Source: Vibrio sp. MedPE-SWchi (GTDB lineage: Bacteria; Pseudomonadota; Gammaproteobacteria; Enterobacterales; Vibrionaceae). Taken from it: 64,000 bases of DNA. Below, piece after piece: positions 19,151 to 28,004 of this stretch (its first letter is position 1; every line of letters begins with the position of its first letter). The notes beneath the pieces are model-generated. The model was not told the DNA's origin and did no database searches. It saw only the letters and a program-made list of their open reading frames with translations. The stretch is from contig MPDB01000008.1 in NCBI GenBank assembly GCA_001874155.1, forward strand, positions 30,176 to 94,175, given 5' to 3'. A program made the translations under genes and the position numbers.

Positions 19151-20635
19151 TTAGCCGCCTACTGCGATGTTCTTCATATCCGTCATGTACCCACGTAACT
19201 CTTCACCAATGTATTCAACTGGGTGGTTACGGATAGCATCATTTACTGCGATTAGCTTACCATTGTCTACTTGGTTTGATGTCTCACCTAGACCACGACC
19301 GATTACGTCTGTTGCAACTGAAGGCATGAACTTCTCACGTAGAAGTGGTGTTGCTACGTTAGCGAATAGGTAGTTACCGTATTCTGCTGTATCTGAGATT
19401 ACAACGTTCATTTCGTATAAGCGCTTACGAGCAACCGTGTTTGCGATTAGCGGAAGTTCGTGTAGAGACTCGTAATAAGCCGACTCGTCGATAATGCCTG
19501 ATGCAGTCATAGCTTCAAATGCTAGCTCAACCCCAGCACGAACCATAGCAACCATTAGGATACCGTTGTCGAAGTACTCTTGCTCTGAGATTTCTACGTC
19601 AGACGCTGGGTAGTTTTCAAATGCCGTTTCGCCTGTCTCTTCACGCCAGCCAAATAGGTTCACGTCATCGTTCGCCCAGTCTGCCATCATAGTGCTTGAG
19701 AACTCACCTTGGATGATGTCATCCATGTGCTTGTTGTAAAGCGGACGCATTAGGTCTTTAAGCTCTTCAGAAAGGTCAAATGCTTTGATTTTTGCTGGGT
19801 TTGATAGGCGATCCATCATGTGAGTGATGCCACCAAACTTCAGTGCTTCAGTAATCGTTTCCCAGCCGTACTGTAGAAGCTTACCTGCGTAGCCTGGTTC
19901 AATGCCGTCAGCAATCATCTTCTCGTAAGAAACGATTGAACCCGCTTGAAGCATGCCACAAAGGATTGTTTGCTCACCCATTAGGTCAGATTTCACTTCT
20001 GCAACGAATGAAGACTCTAGACAACCTGCGCGGTGACCACCTGTACCTGCAGCCCAAGCTTTAGCGATATCCCAGCCTTCGCCTTGTGGATCATTTTCTG
20101 GGTGAACAGCAATCAGTGTTGGAACACCAAAGCCACGCTTGTACTCTTCACGTACTTCTGTACCTGGACACTTAGGCGCAACCATAACCACTGTTAAGTC
20201 TTTACGAATCTGCATGCCTTCTTCAACAACGTTGAAACCGTGTGAGTAACCTAGTGCAGAACCCTCTTTCATTAGAGGCATGACAGTTTCAACTACGTTT
20301 GTGTGTTGCTTGTCTGGAGTCAGGTTAACTACTAGGTCAGCCGTTGGAATTAGGTTTTCGTAGCTATCAACAACAAAGCCATTCTCTTTTGCATTTTTGA
20401 ACGATTGACGTTGCTCGTCGATCGCTGCTTGGCGCAGTGCGTAAGAAACGTCTAGGCCAGAATCACGCATGTTAAGACCTTGGTTTAGGCCTTGAGCACC
20501 ACAACCTACGATGACAACTTTTTTACCTTTTAGGTAATCCGCTTCCGTTGCGAATTCGCTGCGATCCATAAAACGACAACGACCTAATTGGTCCAATTGC
20601 TCACGTAGATTTAAAGTATTGAAATAGTTAGCCAT
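19151..20635 (-). CDS. ilvC: Ketol-acid reductoisomerase (long form)
   Basis: [14 protein letters not shown]; GCGAQG; SHGFN; VAPKCPG; [12 protein letters not shown]; 494 aa. Confidence 0.98.
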   Translation of the reverse strand: MANYFNTLNLREQLDQLGRCRFMDRSEFATEADYLKGKKVVIVGCGAQGLNQGLNMRDSGLDVSYALRQAAIDEQRQSFKNAKENGFVVDSYENLIPTADLVVNLTPDKQHTNVVETVMPLMKEGSALGYSHGFNVVEEGMQIRKDLTVVMVAPKCPGTEVREEYKRGFGVPTLIAVHPENDPQGEGWDIAKAWAAGTGGHRAGCLESSFVAEVKSDLMGEQTILCGMLQAGSIVSYEKMIADGIEPGYAGKLLQYGWETITEALKFGGITHMMDRLSNPAKIKAFDLSEELKDLMRPLYNKHMDDIIQGEFSSTMMADWANDDVNLFGWREETGETAFENYPASDVEISEQEYFDNGILMVAMVRAGVELAFEAMTASGIIDESAYYESLHELPLIANTVARKRLYEMNVVISDTAEYGNYLFANVATPLLREKFMPSVATDVIGRGLGETSNQVDNGKLIAVNDAIRNHPVEYIGEELRGYMTDMKNIAVGG

Positions 20636-20745
20636 GTTGGGCGCTCCTTGTTGATTCTTCCGTAATGGTCGGTGCACTATCACCGAATGAGTTCATACTA
20701 AAGCAGACATTTAATTGCCGAAAGTGATATATTCACAATTAGTAA

Positions 20746-20760
20746 TTGCAATAAATGCAA
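20746..20760. promoter_or_regulatory. IlvY (LysR-type) operator
   Basis: TTGCA-ataaa-TGCAA dyad in the divergent ilvC-ilvY intergenic region. Confidence 0.65.
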
Positions 20761-20788
20761 CATAATATCTTTTCAAGATGACCTATTT

Positions 20789-21679
20789 ATGAATATTAAA
20801 CACCTGCAGATGTTCATTCATTTGTGTGATAGTAAAAACTTCAGTAAAACCGCCTCTGCCATGCATATTAGCCCATCGGCATTGAGTCGGCAGATACAGA
20901 AACTTGAAGAGGAAACCGGCCAAACTCTGTTCTTACGCGACAACCGCAGCGTTGAGCTCACACCAGCTGGAAAACAACTTCTTCCCGTGGCCTTGAAGAT
21001 TCAAACCGAGTGGCAGCAATATAATGCGCAGATAAAAGGTCACGAGTTAGAGCTGAAGGGTGAGATACGATTGTTCTGTTCGGTTACGGCCAGTTACAGC
21101 CATTTGCCCGAGTTACTGTCTGAGTTTCGATTACAGCACCCGTTTATTGAATATAAGCTTTCCACGGGCGACCCTGCTCAGGCCATTGATATCATCCTCA
21201 ATGATAAAGCGGATATCGCCATTTCGGCTAAACCTGACCAATTGCCCGCCCGAATTGAGTTTGAAACCATCAGTGAGATTCCACTCTCAGTGATTGCACC
21301 CTCTGGGGTTAGCAGCTTTGCCGAGCAACTTCAAAGCGATAAGCCTGACTGGTCTGCTATTCCATTTATAGTTTCAGAAGCCGGAACCGCGCGCGATCGC
21401 GCCAATGCGTGGTTTAAAAGCATGCGGATTAAGCCAAACATCTATGCACAAGTGTCTGGGCATGAAGCCATCGTGAGTATGGTTGCGTTGGGTTGTGGTG
21501 TCGGTATCGCCCCAGATGTGGTGATCAATAACAGCCCAGTAAGAGAGAAGATTCAGCGCCTTAAAGTGAAACCGTTAAGACCTTTTGAGCTAGGTGTGTG
21601 CTGCAAGCGATCTCAACTTGATAATCCACTGGTTAAGGCATTGTGGGATGTGGCGGCAGGAAAATACATCACGCCCTAG
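20789..21679 (+). CDS. ilvY: LysR-type activator IlvY
   Basis: LysR HTH; LFCSVTASYSHLP; STGDPAQAI; divergent from ilvC. Confidence 0.95.
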   Translation: MNIKHLQMFIHLCDSKNFSKTASAMHISPSALSRQIQKLEEETGQTLFLRDNRSVELTPAGKQLLPVALKIQTEWQQYNAQIKGHELELKGEIRLFCSVTASYSHLPELLSEFRLQHPFIEYKLSTGDPAQAIDIILNDKADIAISAKPDQLPARIEFETISEIPLSVIAPSGVSSFAEQLQSDKPDWSAIPFIVSEAGTARDRANAWFKSMRIKPNIYAQVSGHEAIVSMVALGCGVGIAPDVVINNSPVREKIQRLKVKPLRPFELGVCCKRSQLDNPLVKALWDVAAGKYITP

Positions 21680-21701
21680 CCTATCAAAATCATTCGGGCG
21701 T

Positions 21702-21730
21702 AAAAAAGCCACGCTATCACGTGGCTTTTT
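21702..21730. terminator. Bidirectional terminator (ilvY / hemN)
   Basis: AAAAAAGCCACG-ctatca-CGTGGCTTTTT. Confidence 0.8.
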
Positions 21731-21778
21731 CTATCTCGAGTTAGGCATTTGTTTATTTCAAACTAAGCCATAGCCTGA

Positions 21779-23167
21779 CTAGATAACGCGAGAAAACTGC
21801 TGCTGACGGGCTCTATCACGTAAGTATTTATCGAAACACATACAGATATTACGAATCAGTAGTCGGCCACGTAGCGTTACTCGAATCTCTTTGTCATCAA
21901 TTTCGACTAATTCATCATCAATAAAGGTTTGTAGCAGCTCTAAATCTTCTTTGAAGTATTGGTTAAACGTGACCTTAAACTCCGACTCAATCATGGTCTT
22001 GTCGAGTTTGAAGTTACAGATAAGCTGCTTAATCACTTCACGTCGCAGTAAGTCGTCACTATCAAGAGCAACCCCTTTCCATAGCGCATGACGAAGCTCG
22101 TCCACTTGAGCGTAATATTTTTTAAGGTCTTTTTGGTTCTGCGCATACGCATCCCCTATCATCGAGATGGCAGAGACGCCAAACCCAACCAAGTCGGCTT
22201 CACCTTGTGTGGTGTAACCTTGGAAGTTACGATGCAAAACCCCTTCTCTTTGAGCAACCGCTAACTCATCATCAGGCTGTGCAAAGTGGTCCATGCCAAT
22301 AAACTGATAACCGGCCCCAGTCAGGGTTGCAATGCTCTCTTGTAGAATCCCCATTCTTTCACTGGCGATGGGTAAATCTTCTTCTTTAATCTTACGTTGC
22401 GCGGCAAAGAGCTGCGGCATATGTGCGTAGTTAAACACTGACAAGCGTCCTGGCTGCATCTCTAAGACTTGCGCTAACGTTTTTGCAAACGACTCTTTGG
22501 TCTGCTTTGGTAAACCGTATATTAAGTCGAGGTTCGTTGAGCGGAAACCCAGCTCTTTCGCTCGCTCAACCATCGCGATAATGAAATCTTCGTCTTGCTC
22601 ACGGTTAACCAGTTTTTGAACTTCTTTATTGAAATCTTGTACGCCAATACTTAAGCGGTTAAACCCTTCACCACGCAAGTGGTCAAGCATATTCAGCTCT
22701 ATTTCACGAGGATCAACTTCGATACTGATTTCAGCATCATTAACAAACTGGAACTCACCACGAAGAATGGCCATCAAACGGCTGATTTGTTCTTTAGATA
22801 GAAACGTTGGCGTACCACCACCAAAGTGCAGCTGCGTAACGTTACGCCCTTGCAGCAGTGATGCACGCTGACGAATCTCATGCTCAATCACATCTAAGTA
22901 CTCATCCGCTTTATGGGCATGACGAGTGATCACTTTATTACAGCCACAGTAGTAACAAAGCTTGTGACAAAAAGGAATGTGAACATAAAGCGAGAGTGGG
23001 CGATCAGGGTATTGAGTACACGCCATGTCGTAATCAGCGACGGTAAACGCCTCGTGAAACTCCAACGCCGTTGGGTACGAGGTGTAGCGTGGTCCTGAAT
23101 AGTTGTATTTATCTAAGATAGCTTGATCCCAGACAATTTGCTGACCGGATACGACTTGCTGCGACAT
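21779..23167 (-). CDS. hemN: Oxygen-independent coproporphyrinogen III oxidase
   Basis: GPRYTSYPTA; radical SAM CHKLCYYCGC; HFGGGTP; HRNFQGYTT. Confidence 0.97.
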   Translation of the reverse strand: MSQQVVSGQQIVWDQAILDKYNYSGPRYTSYPTALEFHEAFTVADYDMACTQYPDRPLSLYVHIPFCHKLCYYCGCNKVITRHAHKADEYLDVIEHEIRQRASLLQGRNVTQLHFGGGTPTFLSKEQISRLMAILRGEFQFVNDAEISIEVDPREIELNMLDHLRGEGFNRLSIGVQDFNKEVQKLVNREQDEDFIIAMVERAKELGFRSTNLDLIYGLPKQTKESFAKTLAQVLEMQPGRLSVFNYAHMPQLFAAQRKIKEEDLPIASERMGILQESIATLTGAGYQFIGMDHFAQPDDELAVAQREGVLHRNFQGYTTQGEADLVGFGVSAISMIGDAYAQNQKDLKKYYAQVDELRHALWKGVALDSDDLLRREVIKQLICNFKLDKTMIESEFKVTFNQYFKEDLELLQTFIDDELVEIDDKEIRVTLRGRLLIRNICMCFDKYLRDRARQQQFSRVI

Positions 23168-23331
23168 GGTGATTTTTCCGTTTCTAACTGTAATCGGCGT
23201 AGATACTGCGATGACTGGCTATTTTGCCACATCACTCTGGCTTACGTAGGAAAGCCAAACACATTTTCGTAAGAAAATTTCAGAACTGCTAGCTCGATCA
23301 CTCACTCAAAAGAGTCAGTGATCGAACGAGT

Positions 23332-23820
23332 TTAGATTTGCTGAATGGAGATCTGAGTGTTCAATGGCTCAACGTGTTGCTTCAGAGCCTTGAGCTCCTC
23401 AACAATCGCTTCAGCCAATTTTACTTCTGCTTTATGTCGACGAAGGTTTTGTTCCATTTTTTCTTTCTTGGCCAGAGACTGACGTTCTTCGCCGCGAGCC
23501 ATATCTTTAACAACATGATAAAGCTCAGAAAGTGCGGGGAACTTTTGATCAAAATCGATGCGATTTTCGCCTTGCACATAATCCATGATGCTGTACACAC
23601 GAATACTGATTTCAGACAGATCGCACTGACCTTGAATGCCGATTAAGCAAAGCGCACTCACGTTTTCATAGATATTCGCATTGCGTTTATCGATGGCTAA
23701 CTTTTGCTGTTGCTGCTGCAATTCCTTTTGCTTCTTTACTTGGAGCAGAAGGTAACCTGCATAGCATGCTAGCCCAGCAATAATAACAAGTCCTACCGTG
23801 GCTAATAAGGTTACGTTCAT
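23332..23820 (-). CDS. DUF2489-like membrane protein
   Basis: N-terminal TM helix; QCDLSEISIR motif; sits between yihI and hemN. Confidence 0.75.
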   Translation of the reverse strand: MNVTLLATVGLVIIAGLACYAGYLLLQVKKQKELQQQQQKLAIDKRNANIYENVSALCLIGIQGQCDLSEISIRVYSIMDYVQGENRIDFDQKFPALSELYHVVKDMARGEERQSLAKKEKMEQNLRRHKAEVKLAEAIVEELKALKQHVEPLNTQISIQQI

Positions 23821-23827
23821 GATCTAC

Positions 23828-24403
23828 TTACTCTTTAAAATCTTTCAGATCCATCGACTCAAACTGTGATAAAAGATCTTCATCTGAAGAAGGGTTGTTG
23901 CCCTTATTCACTATCACAGGCTCAACAAAAGTCTCTTCGTCAAACTCTTCATCGTCTTCTGGCTCTTCGACAAATAAGCCAAGCTGTTTCATCAACACTT
24001 CGATGCGATCTAGCTTTTCATCGACAAGTTTCTGCAAACCAGCGCCTAGGTTTTCACCATTCTCAAGGCGATCAAGTAGCACGTTGAGCTGTGTATCTGT
24101 TTCCAGCATTTCCAGCTCTTTCTCTGCAGAAAGTTTGCGCTCTTGCTTGTTCGGCTTTTTCTTATCTTCTACAACTAGGGCAATTTTCTTTTTACTGCCT
24201 AAGCGAGGATCACGCTTCTGACGCTCTTGACGAAGCTGTGCTTCAGAGGCTTCAGAGTTACGGTTACCCGTCTTTAACCCTTTGCGGTTCTTTTTACGCT
24301 TGCGTAAACGGCCTTCAACATCCGATTCACTGCGATTACGTGTTACGTTTTGCTCTGGAGCGCCTAACGCTCCTGGCTTTCTAGATTTCTTACTACGACT
24401 CAT
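23828..24403 (-). CDS. yihI: Der GTPase-activating protein YihI
   Basis: KGLKTGNRNSE; KRDPRLGSKKKIAL; acidic C-terminus. Confidence 0.92.
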   Translation of the reverse strand: MSRSKKSRKPGALGAPEQNVTRNRSESDVEGRLRKRKKNRKGLKTGNRNSEASEAQLRQERQKRDPRLGSKKKIALVVEDKKKPNKQERKLSAEKELEMLETDTQLNVLLDRLENGENLGAGLQKLVDEKLDRIEVLMKQLGLFVEEPEDDEEFDEETFVEPVIVNKGNNPSSDEDLLSQFESMDLKDFKE

Positions 24404-25041
24404 TACTGGGTCTTCCTCAGTAAAATTACATCATTTCCAACAAATTCAAGTTCGAGCTTATCTCGCTCGGCCAAATACTCAAAGGTTTTACGGCTAAAGA
24501 AGATGACATGCGTCAGATCATTCTTGTAGTGCCAGTTTTTGAACGCTTCAAGATCAATGACCATCTTGGTCATGAGACCAATCCAGCCATGAGGCTTAAT
24601 TAAATTTAACCATTGCTGCCACACTAAGTCAGGCTGATAAACATGCTCGATGACTTCTGTGGCAGTGACAAAATCATACGTTTCTTCTAGCACCGACTTA
24701 TCTGGGTGGTAGTAGAGATCATACAATTCAACGCTGTAGCTATTCTCTTGCAACATTACGGATAACGTTGGGCCAGGGCCACAGCCAAAATCTAACCCAT
24801 GAGCGTTAGATGGGATTCTTTCCATTAGTGGATTTGCTATTCGCGATAAAAATCGACGATACCCAGCATCACTCGGGTCGTTCTCATGAAGATCATAGTG
24901 AGCTTTTTCCGCTTTTGCATCTAAGCGCTGCGTAGGGTCAACGAACACCAAATGACATTCTCGACATTGTAAATAAGCGCGATGCTTATCCTCAAAATAA
25001 TGATGAGTGTCTTGATTGTGGCATAAAGGGCAGTTGTGCAT
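24403..25041 (-). CDS. Class I SAM-dependent methyltransferase with N-terminal CxxC/CxxC
   Basis: CPLC...CREC; GLDFGCGPGP; TATEVIEH; stop overlaps the yihI start (TAATG). Confidence 0.88.
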   Translation of the reverse strand: MHNCPLCHNQDTHHYFEDKHRAYLQCRECHLVFVDPTQRLDAKAEKAHYDLHENDPSDAGYRRFLSRIANPLMERIPSNAHGLDFGCGPGPTLSVMLQENSYSVELYDLYYHPDKSVLEETYDFVTATEVIEHVYQPDLVWQQWLNLIKPHGWIGLMTKMVIDLEAFKNWHYKNDLTHVIFFSRKTFEYLAERDKLELEFVGNDVILLRKTQ

Positions 25042-25150
25042 GCATTCATCCTCAAACAGGGATGCGAAACATACCAGAAAGTACTATCAGAGTGGAGTGA
25101 AATTGTGCAATTAAACGGCGAATTAGCGAAATAACTGCTTTTTAGAAGAT

Positions 25151-25487
25151 AAAAAAGCGATAGGTTTCCCTATCGCTTTCAAAGTGCCAAGATTTGGCAA
25201 ATTTGTACGCACTCAATCGGTGCTCAACTATCCTGTTGTTATTGGTGCTTTCCCTGCAAAGGTTTTGTTCTTCATCATCCTGATGAATTTTAACAGTCCT
25301 TTTGACTTCCTGACTCTGGGCTATCCATTAGCCTGATCCATTTCAGTGTCTCTCCATGAGACGAGTCGATCATCCTTATCTAGCAAGCTCCTAGCTCGCC
25401 ACTATCCTTCGTCCAACAATCAGGTATTCCATACCTGCATCCTTGGAGACCTTCTTGGTCTAAAATCCGTTTCAGCGTCCTGCTGAT
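25151..25487 (-). ncRNA. CsrB/CsrC-family CsrA-sequestering sRNA
   Basis: About 16 GGA motifs on the - strand, many in small hairpin loops (CAGCAGGACGCTG, CAGGTATGGAATACCTG, GTCTCATGGAGAGAC, GGCTAATGGATAGCC, TTCATCAGGATGATGAA); ends in terminator AAAGCGATAGGGAAACCTATCGCTTTTTT; 5' end approximate. Confidence 0.92.
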
Positions 25488-25622
25488 GCGAGTAATTTAC
25501 GCGTTTCCCATTTGGAAACAACACGTTGATTTCAAAGTTTTCAAACAGTCTTTTATAGAAAATTTTTACATTAATATTTTCAACCATTTACAGACTTACA
25601 CTCTCCAATTTCGATATCAACT

Positions 25623-25640
25623 ATGGCAAATGTCTTACAG
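25623..25640 (-). promoter_or_regulatory. Possible UvrY/VarA/GacA box upstream of the Csr sRNA
   Basis: TGTAAGACATTTGCCA on -, a partial match to TGTAAG-N6-CTTACA. Confidence 0.4.
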
Positions 25641-25781
25641 CTATCACCGCTATTTAGGCGTTTCACTACTCGGCACAAAATGGCGTATTTCGTATTCGAG
25701 GCACAAAAAAGCCCTAGCATAAGGCTAAGGCTTCTTTTCAGCGTACTTTAGGACAAGACTGCCAACATCCAGTGCGGAATA

Positions 25782-26399
25782 TTAGTGTAAACCACCAACA
25801 TACTGGGAAAGCACTTCGATATCATCGTCTGTCAGTTTCTTCGCGATATCTCGCATCATCTCATTCATGTCGTTCGCTCGCGAACCATCACGGAACTTGA
25901 GCAGCTGAGATTTGATGTATTCAGCGTGCTGTCCAGAGATTTTTGGGAAACCAGAGAGCTCTGTACCATTACCACGAGGGCCATGACAGGCGATACAAGC
26001 CGTAATCCCTCGTTCGATGTCACCCGCTGCGTATAGAACCTTACCGGCTTCTACTACGTTTTCTGGTGTGGTATTAGCCGCAATCGGTAATGAAGCATAA
26101 TAGGCAGATAGGTCGGCAATGTCTTCATCGCTTAATGCCATCGCCATGCCACTCATAACAGGGTCCATACGACCTTGTTTACCGCCACTTGTCATACCTA
26201 GGCGCAAATCTTTCAATTGCTTCTCTAAATATTTAGCATGCTGACCAGCAAGACTTGGGTACATGGCGAGTTGGCTGTTACCGTCGGCACCATGACAGGC
26301 ACCACATGTTAGTGATTTTGTTTTACCAGCTTCTATGCTGCCTTGAGCCCAAACAGAGCAGCTGGCTAAAAGACTCAAGATTAGCGCTAATTTCTTCAT
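25782..26399 (-). CDS. Di-heme cytochrome c4
   Basis: Signal peptide; CGACH and CIACH; YPSLAGQH and FPKISGQH. Confidence 0.95.
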   Translation of the reverse strand: MKKLALILSLLASCSVWAQGSIEAGKTKSLTCGACHGADGNSQLAMYPSLAGQHAKYLEKQLKDLRLGMTSGGKQGRMDPVMSGMAMALSDEDIADLSAYYASLPIAANTTPENVVEAGKVLYAAGDIERGITACIACHGPRGNGTELSGFPKISGQHAEYIKSQLLKFRDGSRANDMNEMMRDIAKKLTDDDIEVLSQYVGGLH

Positions 26400-26551
26400 G
26401 ACATTCCATTATAATTATATATAAAGCTTCCAGTACCACTCTGTGTTGCCACTCATGGTATAATAGGCGATCATATGCCGAGCGCAGTTATTTTACACAA
26501 TTTCACAAAAAAGTAATCAATCGACTACACAAAGTCGAGATGGAGTTAACA

Positions 26552-27223
26552 GTGAGCGTAAAAATTCATTACCAAAACACGCATTTTATTACCAGTGCGC
26601 CAGATATTCGTCATTTACCTGAAGACGAAGGGATCGAAGTTGCGTTCGCAGGTCGTTCTAATGCGGGTAAGTCTAGTTCTCTCAATCGGTTAACTAACCA
26701 ACGAGGCTTAGCAAAGACCAGTAAAACACCAGGTCGAACTCAACTGATTAACCTATTCAAGGTTGATGAAGGCTGCCACATTGTGGATTTGCCAGGGTAC
26801 GGTTATGCACAAGTACCACTGAAATTGAAAGAAAAGTGGCAGAAGTCTTTAGGTGAATACCTACAAAAACGTAAGTGTCTAAAAGGCCTTGTCGTTCTTA
26901 TGGACATTCGCCACCCAATGAAAGACTTAGACCAACAATTGATTTTTTGGGCTGTCGAATGTGGCATCCCTGTGCAAGTGTTATTGACCAAAGCGGATAA
27001 ATTAAAGACAGGGGCAAGAAAAGCTCAGGTACTTAAGATTCGTGAATCTTCCGTTGGCTTTGGCGGAGAAGTACAAGTAGACGCATTTTCGTCGTTGAAA
27101 GGCATCGGTGTTGATGTTCTACGAAGCACTTTAGATCGTTGGTACGCACCCGCTTTTGAGGTGACAGACGAAGAGCTAACGGATCTGGTTGACGGTGAAG
27201 AAGACTCACCAGAGATTGGCTAA
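26552..27223 (+). CDS. yihA: Ribosome biogenesis GTPase YihA/EngB
   Basis: [27 protein letters not shown]; GTG start at 26552. Confidence 0.96.
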   Translation: MSVKIHYQNTHFITSAPDIRHLPEDEGIEVAFAGRSNAGKSSSLNRLTNQRGLAKTSKTPGRTQLINLFKVDEGCHIVDLPGYGYAQVPLKLKEKWQKSLGEYLQKRKCLKGLVVLMDIRHPMKDLDQQLIFWAVECGIPVQVLLTKADKLKTGARKAQVLKIRESSVGFGGEVQVDAFSSLKGIGVDVLRSTLDRWYAPAFEVTDEELTDLVDGEEDSPEIG

Positions 27224-27371
27224 CGAATAATATTATTCGTTAGCTCAGCGACCGATTTACACCCTATAGAGGCTTCAGTTAATGGAGCCTTTTTTATTGC
27301 TTTGATATCCCACATTTCAGTCACTTACAAACGCGTCTAATCACAGACTCTCGATTTTATCTTGCACAAAT

Positions 27372-27431
27372 AAAAATCCCCACCTGAATAAGGTGGGGCA
27401 ACGGGAGAGAAATATTACTCGTTATTATTAT
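27372..27431 (-). ncRNA. Candidate ~60-nt sRNA downstream of spf (VSsrna24-like)
   Basis: TTGAAA-17 nt-GATGCT promoter (27466-27438); own terminator CCCCACCT/AGGTGGGG plus U-tract; position matches the Vibrionaceae sRNA described downstream of spf (recalled, not aligned). Confidence 0.65.
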
Positions 27432-27723
27432 GCTGTAAGCATCCTCTATCGCGCGTTACTTTTCAACTGCCCTACACGCCTCTTAATTGAATAGTTATTA
27501 ACGGCACCAACCATAAGTTATTAATTTTAAATGACAAAATAATTCACCATAAAAATACCAGTGCTTGTTTTTTCAAAAAAATTAATAAAAATGTGAGTGA
27601 TATAAAATTACAGTTAGGTACTAAACAACCACGTAATTACTGTGTTTCAACAGCAAAGAAAGTGATTTTGGGGTGGGATAAGTAGCGGAGAGTAGAACTG
27701 GAGAAAGTTTTCTTTACCGCAAG

Positions 27724-27828
27724 AAAAAACGCCCCAGTCAAATACTGACTGGGGCGGCTGAATCAGCCTAATCCAATAACGTGAAACAAAAGGTCTGAAA
27801 GATAGAACATCTTACCTCTGTACCCTAC
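27724..27828 (-). ncRNA. spf: Spot 42 sRNA
   Basis: GTAGGGTACAGAGGTAAGATGTTCTATCTTTCAGACCTTTT...GCCCCAGTCA..TGACTGGGGCGTTTTTT, directly downstream of polA. Confidence 0.97.
27763..27810 (-). CDS. Spot 42-encoded 15-aa peptide (SpfP-like)
   Basis: GAGGTAAG SD then ATG...TGA encoding MFYLSDLLFHVIGLG. Confidence 0.6.
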   Translation of the reverse strand: MFYLSDLLFHVIGLG

Positions 27829-28004
27829 GAGTATTAATGTACAACAATTGGTCAGAAATGAAAACTTTTTTTGTAGTTTTTTTTCAGTTATTTTTGTTTT
27901 GCCTACAAGTAACCTATTTTGGTTACATCTTTTTTTACAGTTACAAAAAAGCCAGCGTTTGTGCGCTGGCTCATACTATTACTGTTAATTGAATCAAAAA
28001 GTGT

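Noticed and set aside
25151-25487. Repetitive short hairpins as a CRISPR or novel repeat array
   Set aside because: Fully explained by the GGA-loop hairpins of a Csr-family sRNA
25486-25722. 78-aa + strand ORF
   Set aside because: Overlaps the AT-rich Csr sRNA promoter; no RBS and no protein-like features
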